From an uncultured Pseudomonadota bacterium (GTDB lineage: Bacteria; Oederibacteriota; Muellerivitia; Muellerivitales; Muellerivitaceae), in NCBI GenBank assembly GCA_963843375.1, contig CAWJKT010000001.1, forward strand, positions 64,001 through 128,000: a stretch of 64,000 nt of DNA, read 5' to 3'. The notes beneath the pieces were generated by a model that saw nothing but the letters and a program-made list of their open reading frames with translations, was not told the origin of the DNA and did no database searches. Shown here one piece after another: positions 19,493-28,099 of this stretch; the stretch's first letter is position 1, and every line of letters starts with the position of its first letter. The translations under genes and the position numbers were made by a program.

Positions 19493-19993
19493 ATGTCCAC
19501 CACGGTTCATTACTTCGGAAAAGTTAAAAGCCAGGAAGCTATCCGGGAAATACAGGAAGAATTCCGCGAGATCGCCCAAGTCAGCGGCTGGTCGCACGAG
19601 ATGGTGGATCATGTTTTCACCCAAGAGGGTGAGATACCAGGAACCCGCCTCTCCCTTCGCGGCATCCGGGTCACCTTGAACAAAACCACCTCGCCCCTTC
19701 AATTGAGCTTCGATAAAGACGGCTATCTTTCCCATATTTATTATGAGAAGGCTCCCGCCGAAATGCCAGGTCAGCGCCAGACGGGTGCGACCCGGCAACT
19801 TTTACACCAAGTCCATACCAGTACCAGCATCCGTACCGGTGACGCGGCATCCCATATTTCCATGGTCAAGCTCCTGGATTACGTGAAAAAGCGCTACGTT
19901 CCGAATCTGGAAGTTATCGACAATACCGGCTACTGGTATTCCCGTGACGAATCGGTTCTAACGGCTAAGAAACTGGAACTGGCCAAGAAATAA
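19493..19993 (+). CDS. hypothetical protein
   Basis: 166 aa; strong AGGAGG RBS; followed by a terminator; motifs TVHYFG and HISMVKLLDYVKKRY...EVIDNTGYW. Confidence 0.8.
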   Translation: MSTTVHYFGKVKSQEAIREIQEEFREIAQVSGWSHEMVDHVFTQEGEIPGTRLSLRGIRVTLNKTTSPLQLSFDKDGYLSHIYYEKAPAEMPGQRQTGATRQLLHQVHTSTSIRTGDAASHISMVKLLDYVKKRYVPNLEVIDNTGYWYSRDESVLTAKKLELAKK

Positions 19994-20007
19994 ACTTTTT
20001 ACATTCG

Positions 20008-20043
20008 AGCCTCCTGCGGCGATACGCTACAGGGGGCTTTTTT
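20008..20043 (+). terminator. intrinsic terminator
   Basis: Stem-loop AGCCTCCTGCGGCG-ATA-CGCTACAGGGGGCT followed by a T-tract. Confidence 0.75.
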
Positions 20044-20173
20044 ATTTCCAAATGAATAAGTTTGACACAAAGCCGTAAAGACTCCCTGCGGGCCATCAAT
20101 AATGACGAAGCGCGTTTTGTCCCGATTCCATAAGTCTTGACGAAAGAATAATCGAATTAAGAAAGCCAAAATT

Positions 20174-22285
20174 TTGAAAATGTTTTTTTCAATTCATGAA
20201 GTGAAGATGTATTTTTTGTCTTTTTGCCTTTGCGGTGGGTTATTGGGGGGGGCGGTGTCGGCGGTTTCTGCAGAGTCGTTTCAATTGAAAATCGGAAAAC
20301 TTTTCGCCCAGGGAAGGACCTCTGAAATCGAAGAGGCGATCCACCAGGAGTTAGAGGAAAATCCCAACCAGATTGACTTGTGGCTGGAAATGGCGGACCT
20401 GGATAAAAGCCAAGGCGATTATTCCGGCACCGTAGCCTCCTATCAAAGTTACCTGGCGAAAAAAGATGACTGGAAGGTGCGGGCATCTTTGGCCCTGGTT
20501 CTGGAACAAATGGGGGATTTCGCCAATGCCCGTCAAGACCTATCGGCGTTGAACCAAGCCCACCCTAACGATCCTGAACTACTTTGGGGCTTGGCCCGAT
20601 TATGCATTTACCAATCCAATTGGAAAAGCATCCGAACCCAGGCGACAGCCAGGGAGGCCTTAAGTGAAGCCCGAAAATATCTACTGGCCTTGACGGCGCT
20701 TAGACCGAATTTCGCTATGGCCATCTGGCAGTTGGCCGAAGTTTCAAGGACACTGGGGAATGTGGACGAGGCTTTAAAGGCCTATGCGGCGGTAGTAAAA
20801 CAGGACGGGAGTTATAAATTCGCCCACCGTTACATGGCCCTATTGTTGGCTGAAAAGGGGAAGTACCGGGAGTCTCTCGCCAAATACGAACAGGCCATGG
20901 CCATTGAACCGGACGATTTCAAACTGAAAAAAGAAGCCCAAAGGGTGGCCCTTCTAGCTCCGCAAGATGCCAAAGAGCGCAAGGATGAGCGTCAAAAGCA
21001 ATGGGAAGACTGGACTCCCCTGGAAGCCAAACCAATCGCGGCTTCGGCAGTAACGATTCGTGTCGGGATTTTCACCGGGATGGGTCATCTTGTGTTCCGA
21101 GGCCTTTCGGATTTGCGTGTCATGACACCCGCCCAAACGCCCATCACCATGCTCAAAGCCGGAGAAGACTACGACATTTATTATCTACGGGACACGTCCT
21201 CCCAAGCGCCACAGGACGAATGGTTGATCCAGGACAAAAAGAAAAGGACCCTCGTTACTTTTGATCAACGCCTCTGGATTGTTCCGCAAAACCCTTTAAA
21301 ACCCCTTCTTGTTCATGCGGTGCCTTTCAATAAGGGTTACTTCTTTGCCCGGGAAGAAGATCGGGCCTATCGGGGGCTGTTAGAAATATCCCCCCGCCCC
21401 GGAAATGGTTTTAATGTCATCAACCGGGTGACTTTGGAGGATTACACGGCAGGGGTCCTGCCCTCCGAAATGCTGGCGACCTGGCCAATCGAAGCGCTCA
21501 AGGCCCAGGCCATCGTAGTCAGGACTTATGTCCTTTCCAAACTGGGGCGCCATAATGAGGATGGTTATGACGTTTCCGACAACGTCCAGGACCAGGTTTA
21601 CCGGGGCGTTAGGGCCGAAGAGCCGAAATCCAATGAAGCGGTGCGCCAGACCGCCGGGCTTGTAGTGAAATACCACGGGAAAATGATGCCGGTGGTTTTT
21701 TCCGCCGAATGCGGGGGCCATACCCAGGATTACGAGGAAGCCTGGGGTTACAAGTCGCCGGTGGTGGGGGTGGAGGATTATGATCCCCGTTATAACCTCG
21801 ACATGGAATTTCCCCTTTCGCCCGCCCGCATGGAAACATGGATCAAGGAAGACCGGGAAGCCTGGTGCCGGATTTATGGTTTACATGGGTACCAAAATTA
21901 CCGTTGGGTTTGGATTATTTCCGCCGGAGAAATCGAACAGAAAGCCCCTGGGATCGGTCGCATCCGGCGGATGACCGTCACTCACCGTTCCACGGCCGGT
22001 TGGGCTGATAGCCTTTTATTGGAAGGCGAAAAGGGGAACAAGATTTTCAAGGCCGACAGCATTCGCCGTTGTTTGGGGGGCATCCGCAGCAACCTCATTT
22101 GGATCGAGCCTCAATTTGATCCCAAAGGATGGCCTGAGGAGTTTATGATTTATGGGGGCGGTTGGGGCCATGGGGTTGGAATGTGCCAAGTGGGATGCTA
22201 TGGTTTAGCCGTGGCCGGCAAGGATTGCGGGGAAATCTTACGCCACTATTTCCCCAAGGGAAGCGTCGAAAAACTGGGATCGTGA
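20174..22285 (+). CDS. TPR-repeat plus SpoIID/LytB-domain protein (putative lytic transglycosylase)
   Basis: N-terminal TPR-like helices; INRVTLEDYTAGVLPSEM...WPIEALKAQAIVVRTY, DQVYRG, GGGWGHGVGMCQ. Start uncertain. Confidence 0.9.
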   Translation: MKMFFSIHEVKMYFLSFCLCGGLLGGAVSAVSAESFQLKIGKLFAQGRTSEIEEAIHQELEENPNQIDLWLEMADLDKSQGDYSGTVASYQSYLAKKDDWKVRASLALVLEQMGDFANARQDLSALNQAHPNDPELLWGLARLCIYQSNWKSIRTQATAREALSEARKYLLALTALRPNFAMAIWQLAEVSRTLGNVDEALKAYAAVVKQDGSYKFAHRYMALLLAEKGKYRESLAKYEQAMAIEPDDFKLKKEAQRVALLAPQDAKERKDERQKQWEDWTPLEAKPIAASAVTIRVGIFTGMGHLVFRGLSDLRVMTPAQTPITMLKAGEDYDIYYLRDTSSQAPQDEWLIQDKKKRTLVTFDQRLWIVPQNPLKPLLVHAVPFNKGYFFAREEDRAYRGLLEISPRPGNGFNVINRVTLEDYTAGVLPSEMLATWPIEALKAQAIVVRTYVLSKLGRHNEDGYDVSDNVQDQVYRGVRAEEPKSNEAVRQTAGLVVKYHGKMMPVVFSAECGGHTQDYEEAWGYKSPVVGVEDYDPRYNLDMEFPLSPARMETWIKEDREAWCRIYGLHGYQNYRWVWIISAGEIEQKAPGIGRIRRMTVTHRSTAGWADSLLLEGEKGNKIFKADSIRRCLGGIRSNLIWIEPQFDPKGWPEEFMIYGGGWGHGVGMCQVGCYGLAVAGKDCGEILRHYFPKGSVEKLGS

Positions 22286-22336
22286 TAAAAAGGAGAGAAA
22301 GATCAATTTCACCTCTGGAAACAAGGGCGCGAGTAA

Positions 22337-22909
22337 ATGAAACGGCTTATTTCTTTGGGAACCTTCTATTGGATTTTCTTGGGCTTCTGCACACTTGGAG
22401 TGATTAGTGGTTTGACGTCCTGCGCGGGTTTGGCCCGGGACATGGGCATCGATCATCCCTCCGACCTTCAACAAAGGACCGGAATTACCGGTACGATAGC
22501 GAATCCCACCCCCCTGAACCCCTTTATCACATACGACCTGGTCATGGCGGCCAATGAATGCCGCTTTTTCACCATGGTGGTTCCTTCCAAATGGTACTGG
22601 AAAGTTTACTTGACCGTCTCCAATCGGGACGACACGAGGCGGGGAAAATTGACCGCGATGATCCAGCAGACCAACCCTCCCTGGGGTGTGCTTCCCAATA
22701 TCGGCCTCGGAAAACAATTCGACCTGGCGCGGGAGGGACTGCAGGCTATTTTGGGTGTAGGAAATCCTGGGGAGGACCGGGTGGCCCTGTTCCAGCTTTG
22801 CCAGGAGGGGGCTCCCGTCCATATCATCATCGCCAGCCAGATTTCCGCGACCCGGGCCTTGATGGGCCCGGGGGATATCCAAACTCCGGTGCCATTCGGC
22901 GAACAGTAA
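22337..22909 (+). CDS. hypothetical lipoprotein
   Basis: Hydrophobic N-terminus ending in LTSC. Confidence 0.65.
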   Translation: MKRLISLGTFYWIFLGFCTLGVISGLTSCAGLARDMGIDHPSDLQQRTGITGTIANPTPLNPFITYDLVMAANECRFFTMVVPSKWYWKVYLTVSNRDDTRRGKLTAMIQQTNPPWGVLPNIGLGKQFDLAREGLQAILGVGNPGEDRVALFQLCQEGAPVHIIIASQISATRALMGPGDIQTPVPFGEQ

Positions 22910-22917
22910 CAAAAATT

Positions 22918-23018
22918 AATCATGAAGACACCAAGGCACCAAGTTAGACTTAAGCGAAGCAATTCCCTGTATTCAAAGGCTGAATTGTTTTAATTAGTAA
23001 CCTTGGTGTTTGGCGGTT
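22918..23018. repeat. degenerate REP-like inverted repeat built from CAC(C/G)AAG-type units
   Basis: Left arm AATCATGAAGACACCAAGGCACCAAG; right arm CCTTGGTGTTTGGCGGTT (reverse complement AACCGCCAAACACCAAGG); AT-rich loop; resembles 44452-44583. Confidence 0.55.
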
Positions 23019-23038
23019 CCATCAGTATTGGGGGGTTA

Positions 23039-23506
23039 TTGGCTCTTTATTTCGCTTATGGTTCCAGCCTCCTGCGCTCCCAGATGGAACGTCGCCTGAT
23101 GGGCAACATCCCCGTCACCCGGGCCGTTCTCAAGGGTTACCGACTCGCCTTCATGGGCCATTCCATCGAACGCAAGGGGCCTGTCGTCAACCTAGTTCCT
23201 GATCCAACCCGTTTTATTCCCGGCACTCTTTATGAACTTAATGAAGTCATGATCCAATATCTGGACCGGGCTGAGGCCTGCGAAAAGGGAACCTACCAAA
23301 AGCTTGAAGTGACGGTGGAGAAGGACGACGGGGAAAAGGTAACGGCAGCCTGTTATCAATTGGCCCAGGAAAATCCTTCCTTCGGCCAGCCCAACCTGGG
23401 GTATCAAATGCAGGTTAAGCAAGGCTATAAGGAGTGGGGATTGCCCGAGGAAGTATTGGAAGAAGCTTTGGAATGGAGCAAGGAGGCGTCCCGTGGGGAT
23501 ATCTAA
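23039..23506 (+). CDS. gamma-glutamylcyclotransferase (GGCT/AIG2-like) family protein
   Basis: LYFAYGSS, LKGYRLAF, GTLYEL...LDRAE motifs. TTG start at 23039 or 23003. Confidence 0.85.
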   Translation: MALYFAYGSSLLRSQMERRLMGNIPVTRAVLKGYRLAFMGHSIERKGPVVNLVPDPTRFIPGTLYELNEVMIQYLDRAEACEKGTYQKLEVTVEKDDGEKVTAACYQLAQENPSFGQPNLGYQMQVKQGYKEWGLPEEVLEEALEWSKEASRGDI

Positions 23507-24032
23507 AATCGTCATTGTGGATTACGATCCCCTCTGGCCGAGTCTATTTGAGGAAGAAAAGAAGCGGCTACTCAGTTGTGTCGGCGAATGGGCGCAGGGT
23601 ATAGAGCACATCGGAAGCACGGCGGTTCCCGGCCTTGGCGCAAAGCCCGTTATTGACATCCTGATGGGTGTTCGATCGATCTGGGATGCGGACCACCACT
23701 GCCTTGAGCCAATCGTCCGTTTGGGTTATGAATACATCAAGGAATATAAAAGGGACTTTCCTTACCGCAGATATTTTCGCAAGTCCAAAGAAATGAATTT
23801 CCTCGAACACCACCTTCATTTGGTTGAAAAAGAGGGTGATTTCTGGGAACGTCACCTAGCCTTTCGCGATTACCTGCGCATGAACAGGGAAACCGCATTG
23901 GAATACGAAAAGCTTAAACGGAGTCTGGCGCCTCAATTTACGGACGGAAATGAATATGCATCGGCCAAAACCGATTTTATTAAAAAAATTGAAAAAGAGG
24001 CTTTGAATCGTTTAGGGCCGCGAATCATTTGA
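23493..24032 (+). CDS. GrpB family protein
   Basis: IVDYDPLWPSLF, IEHIGSTAVPGLGAKPVIDI, HLAFRDYLR, Y...K motifs. Confidence 0.92.
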   Translation: MGISKIVIVDYDPLWPSLFEEEKKRLLSCVGEWAQGIEHIGSTAVPGLGAKPVIDILMGVRSIWDADHHCLEPIVRLGYEYIKEYKRDFPYRRYFRKSKEMNFLEHHLHLVEKEGDFWERHLAFRDYLRMNRETALEYEKLKRSLAPQFTDGNEYASAKTDFIKKIEKEALNRLGPRII

Positions 24033-24060
24033 AATTCGGTTGGAATGTGGAAACCCTTAA

Positions 24061-24625
24061 ATGAATAACTCCGGAAAAATTTTGACCATTATGGAATTGG
24101 CGAGGAAACAGGATCCCCATCCTTTTGCCAGATTGGAACAGGGAAAGGCCATTGCAAAAGGGCGAGATGCGGTGGTGGATTTCGTAGATAAAGGGCAGGA
24201 AGTCAATTCCAAGTCCCTACTTATCCAAGGTGCTCTCTATCTATGTTTCGATTGTTTCAAGGAAGCCCACAACATCGCCCAAGAGAATGAGGGAGTCATC
24301 GGCAATTGGTTGCACGCCATCCTGCACAGGCGGGAGCCGGACCCCGGAAATTCCAAGTACTGGTATGCCCGTGTGCATGCGCCGGCAAGGATATATGAAG
24401 GAATCGGAAGGAAAGCCCTGGACTATCTCAAGGAAAATCCGGTTCCGGAGGCTCGAATCCCTGGCTAAAAAGATTGAAAAATCCAAGACCTGGGAACCGG
24501 GAACTTTCGTGGATTTATGCGATAAAATCAGGGGAAATGATCCTGATTCATCGGTCTATAGAACCCTTGCCAAAATTCAGGAAATTGAATGGTTGGGATT
24601 GGTGGAATTTATTTTATCTACTTAA
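24061..24625 (+). CDS. conserved-looking hypothetical protein, split by a +1 frameshift near 24451
   Basis: EAHNIAQ...WLHAILHRREPDPGNSKYW continues in the next frame as LESLAKK...WEPGTFVDLC...IQEIEW; removing 1 nt gives 187 aa. Confidence 0.7.
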
Positions 24626-24804
24626 CACATTCCGGTTAAACCGTCGCCATGGAATTCCAGGGGTACATGCCGACGAAAAAGCTTCTTGAAAACTCTTGCG
24701 ATGGGTTTAGGAAGGAGCTAGGTGTATGAACCTTCTCATTTCAATAAAGCAAATTGACAATTTAGACTGTTAGGGGTATCGTTTTCCTTACTTTAAGGAA
24801 AATT

Positions 24805-25167
24805 ATGCCAAAAGCCAAAATGACCGTGGAAAGGCGTGGGAATCCCCGCTTTGCCATAAAAATCCCCATCAAATATCGATTGGAACAAAACAAGAAAGTC
24901 CTCAAAAAAATCGACGACTGGCGGAAGACAGAAAAAAATGCTTACACGCTGGATATGAGTTTGGGGGGCATGAGGATCGCGGTTGATCACCCTTTAAAGG
25001 TGGGAGATGTCCTTCAATTTGAAATTTACCTGCTCGATAAGGCAAACGTTGTAAGTGTGTACGCGAACGTAATTCGGGCTGATAAAGAAAGCGCAGGGCT
25101 TAAATTTCTAATGATGAAAGACGACCAACGGAAAGCCTTGAAGGATTTCCTGGGAAAAATTTTTTAA
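24805..25167 (+). CDS. PilZ-domain c-di-GMP receptor
   Basis: RxxxR (RGNPR) and DxSxxG (DMSLGG) motifs. Confidence 0.9.
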   Translation: MPKAKMTVERRGNPRFAIKIPIKYRLEQNKKVLKKIDDWRKTEKNAYTLDMSLGGMRIAVDHPLKVGDVLQFEIYLLDKANVVSVYANVIRADKESAGLKFLMMKDDQRKALKDFLGKIF

Positions 25168-25213
25168 ATTAACAAAAAATATTAAACCAACTTTCTGCAA
25201 CTAGAGGTGAATT

Positions 25214-25564
25214 ATGAATACATGTTTATTTCAAACTAAAGTCGCTATGGGCAACACGGCGGTTAAGGTGGTGGAATTATCGGGGTCTTTGGACATCCAC
25301 ACGATTGGAGATTTTGAGAATGCTCTTTCAGAACTCTTCAAAAAAGGTCATTATAAAATTGTTCTGAATCTGGAAAATCTTACATACATATCAAGCTCGG
25401 GTTTCGGAGTCCTTTTGGGCGTCATCAAGGAAATCAGAAAACATCGAGGAGACATGAAAATAACAAACCTCAGCCCGGATATTTACAAGTTATTCGAAGT
25501 AATGGAACTTCCTATTTATTTTCAAATCCTAAACAACGAAAAAGAAGCTGTAAATGCATTTTGA
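25214..25564 (+). CDS. STAS-domain anti-sigma-factor antagonist
   Basis: LSGSLDIHT...IVLNLENLTYISSSGFGVL; conserved Ser motif. Confidence 0.9.
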   Translation: MNTCLFQTKVAMGNTAVKVVELSGSLDIHTIGDFENALSELFKKGHYKIVLNLENLTYISSSGFGVLLGVIKEIRKHRGDMKITNLSPDIYKLFEVMELPIYFQILNNEKEAVNAF

Positions 25565-25738
25565 AATCCTGGGCAAAATTATTTAACCTTTTAAGATTAT
25601 TGTTTTGTAGGGTTTAAACCATACACCTCCCTTGATAAGTCAAACACTGGAGAAATAATGGTGGCCGGGCCCGATTTTCCCGATTAAATCTTCGCGGCTA
25701 CTCGACTGAAAAATTAGCCGGAAAATGAAAACCCAGAT

Positions 25739-26353
25739 CTATAATTCTTGCTTTGCTTGCTTCTTCAAATCCTTTTCCCGGATGGTCACAAGGCATGAAA
25801 CGGATTTTAAAAATGGTTTTTTCCCTAATTTAGCGTCACCGATACTAAATTCCAGCACACGGATCTCAACGTCAAAACCGGGGTAATGAATTATTCTCAG
25901 AGCGCTACGATCCTTTGGGATTCCAGGGCCGGCTTTTAGAGGCCTGGGCCCGAAATTATCATCGGTCCTAAAATCCATAGCGGAAAGCTCCCTTAGCGTT
26001 GGAACATCCTCCGCTTCTAGGGATTCCAAAAGATTTTGGTCCTCCTCATCTTTTGAAAAGGCGAACATATAACCTGCGGTACCGTTCTCTCCTGTTTCGG
26101 TAGTGACTTGAAGGTACAAGTCGTCCCAGACCTTGCTGTAAAACCTGGTTTCGTCCCCCGAGGGAAGGGCGGGCAGACCGTCGGCTTTGTCACCCTTGAA
26201 GACAAGGTAGATAGAAACGACCCGCAAGTGGTCATGAGGCCCGGTATGATCGAACTTTCCGATGACACGATTGTCGTCATCGGCCCGAGCAAAATCCGCT
26301 AGTCCGGCGAGAAGAACTGATATAGCTATCCAAATTAAAGCCTTTGTTTTCAT
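25739..26353 (-). CDS. secreted hypothetical protein
   Basis: ATG 26353 with AAGGAGGA RBS; signal peptide MKTKALIWIAISVLLAG...ARA. Confidence 0.75.
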   Translation of the reverse strand: MKTKALIWIAISVLLAGLADFARADDDNRVIGKFDHTGPHDHLRVVSIYLVFKGDKADGLPALPSGDETRFYSKVWDDLYLQVTTETGENGTAGYMFAFSKDEEDQNLLESLEAEDVPTLRELSAMDFRTDDNFGPRPLKAGPGIPKDRSALRIIHYPGFDVEIRVLEFSIGDAKLGKKPFLKSVSCLVTIREKDLKKQAKQEL

Positions 26354-26364
26354 GACATCCTCCT

Positions 26365-26628
26365 TCACTTTCTGGATCTGGAAAACACAAAGGATCTTAA
26401 AACAATCAAAAATAGGACCGCTCCGACGACCGACATTGCCAGCGCGCCGAAAAAACCGCCAATTCGGATATCCAACTCGTTAGCCAGGAATCCACCGATA
26501 AAAGCGCCCAAAATTCCTACGGCCATATCCCGAATGATTCCCATCCCGCGGCCTTGAACCAAGACACTAGACACCCAGCCCGTAAAAAGCCCTACAATCA
26601 AGTACCACAATAGATCATGTCCATTCAT
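26365..26628 (-). CDS. GlsB/YeaQ/YmgE (transglycosylase-associated) stress membrane protein
   Basis: 87 aa, three TM segments; GILGAFIGG and SVVGAVLFL motifs. Confidence 0.9.
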   Translation of the reverse strand: MNGHDLLWYLIVGLFTGWVSSVLVQGRGMGIIRDMAVGILGAFIGGFLANELDIRIGGFFGALAMSVVGAVLFLIVLRSFVFSRSRK

Positions 26629-26657
26629 GGCTTCCTCCTTATTACTTTTTAGGTTGG

Positions 26658-27164
26658 TTAAAAATAATAGTGAGCTCCCAATTCCGGATACAGATTAAAA
26701 GTAGCCCCGCCACTATAAAACCAAAGGGTGGGCACCACTTGAAGGTAAATGTCCATTGGGACATTTTTCTTGTCGAAGATATAAGACAGCCCAACGGGAA
26801 GCCGGGCCGCCAGTGCCGTAGGGTTTTGCAGGGAAAGATTGCCCCCTACGCCGATATAAAAAGGCATCTCGCCGTCAGTGTTTTTCAGGTGGATGAGGTG
26901 AAAATCGTGCCATAAATAATCCAACTGCAACAAGGCTGCACCGCCTGGCAGCTTCACCGCCCCCTGAAAGGCATTTTCCTGATCAATCCAAAACTTGCCA
27001 GTGATTCCCCAAGTCCCAGGGTCACCGAGTTCCAAGCCTAAACCAAAGTTGCCCCCATCTTGCGTGGGATTGTAGGTCCCTCCCCAACTTAGGGATGATG
27101 GCCCTAAAACCAAAACAACCATTACGAAGCCAACTCTCAGCTGTCTTTTGCAGTTTAAAAGCAT
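26658..27164 (-). CDS. small outer-membrane beta-barrel protein
   Basis: Signal peptide; FGLGLELGDP...GITGKFW, FYIGVGG, RLPVGLSYIF; C-terminal GAHYYF. Confidence 0.75.
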   Translation of the reverse strand: MLLNCKRQLRVGFVMVVLVLGPSSLSWGGTYNPTQDGGNFGLGLELGDPGTWGITGKFWIDQENAFQGAVKLPGGAALLQLDYLWHDFHLIHLKNTDGEMPFYIGVGGNLSLQNPTALAARLPVGLSYIFDKKNVPMDIYLQVVPTLWFYSGGATFNLYPELGAHYYF

Positions 27165-28099
27165 AAAGCCCCCTTTTGGCTAATTCGGTTGTAAAAGGTT
27201 CTTCTTTTTGCCTCCAAAATTTATTTCTTTTTACTATTTTTATGAAAGGTAAATTAAAAATTAAAGGGACGAAATGTAAAACTCCGTTTCCTCGTTTACC
27301 TTTTTAACGATTGGTCTAATTTATGCTTGGCGGTTTTATATTTAATTACATTGAATTGTCACCCGAGGAATGGAAAAGAGGTAAACGAAATGGGCCCCGA
27401 TAAATAAAATAAATATTATTAAAATTATTTTTATTCAATCGAAATTGGAATTCAAAGCTGGCGGTGAAAATCTAAAATTAAATTGGAAAAGATTAATTGC
27501 CGGCTTGTTAACGACCTAGGAAATCCGACCTCAATTTCTTTTCCTCAATGCCGAGATGATCGTTTCGGTTTTCGAAATTCCTTCTTGAATAAAATTAACA
27601 ATGGATTTTTTCGACCCAATTCTTTTTTGTTTATAACTGTTAATTGGTTTTAAAAACAAGGAAAACAATTAACTTTAAGGAATAATTTTTTGGTGCTTTT
27701 TCCGAATATTAATATTTAAGCCCAAAGAATTGTTTTCCATTGCTTTCTGCGGTTTGCCGATTAAGGACGTAAAGAAGATGTTGTGTAACATTCTTTTTAA
27801 TTCACCTGCTGAAGGCTAAGAAGGCAATCAAATCAGCTTCAGAGACGGTTGAAACTCTTAATAAAATCAACATTTATATTATCCAACGAGACTCCATGAC
27901 TTTTGATTTTTGATTTATTAATAAAAATAACATTTGCGCTTAGTTCTTTTAAGTCGGCATAGTTTTAAATCTTTGATGGTGTTGTCCTGATTCCGCAGGA
28001 CGGTAGGAATTCATCTTGATGGAAATAAAAATCGATAAAACGAGTAGCGATATAATTTAATTGTCAGCCGATCACAAAGTTGCTTGGGGAGCGTTTAAA

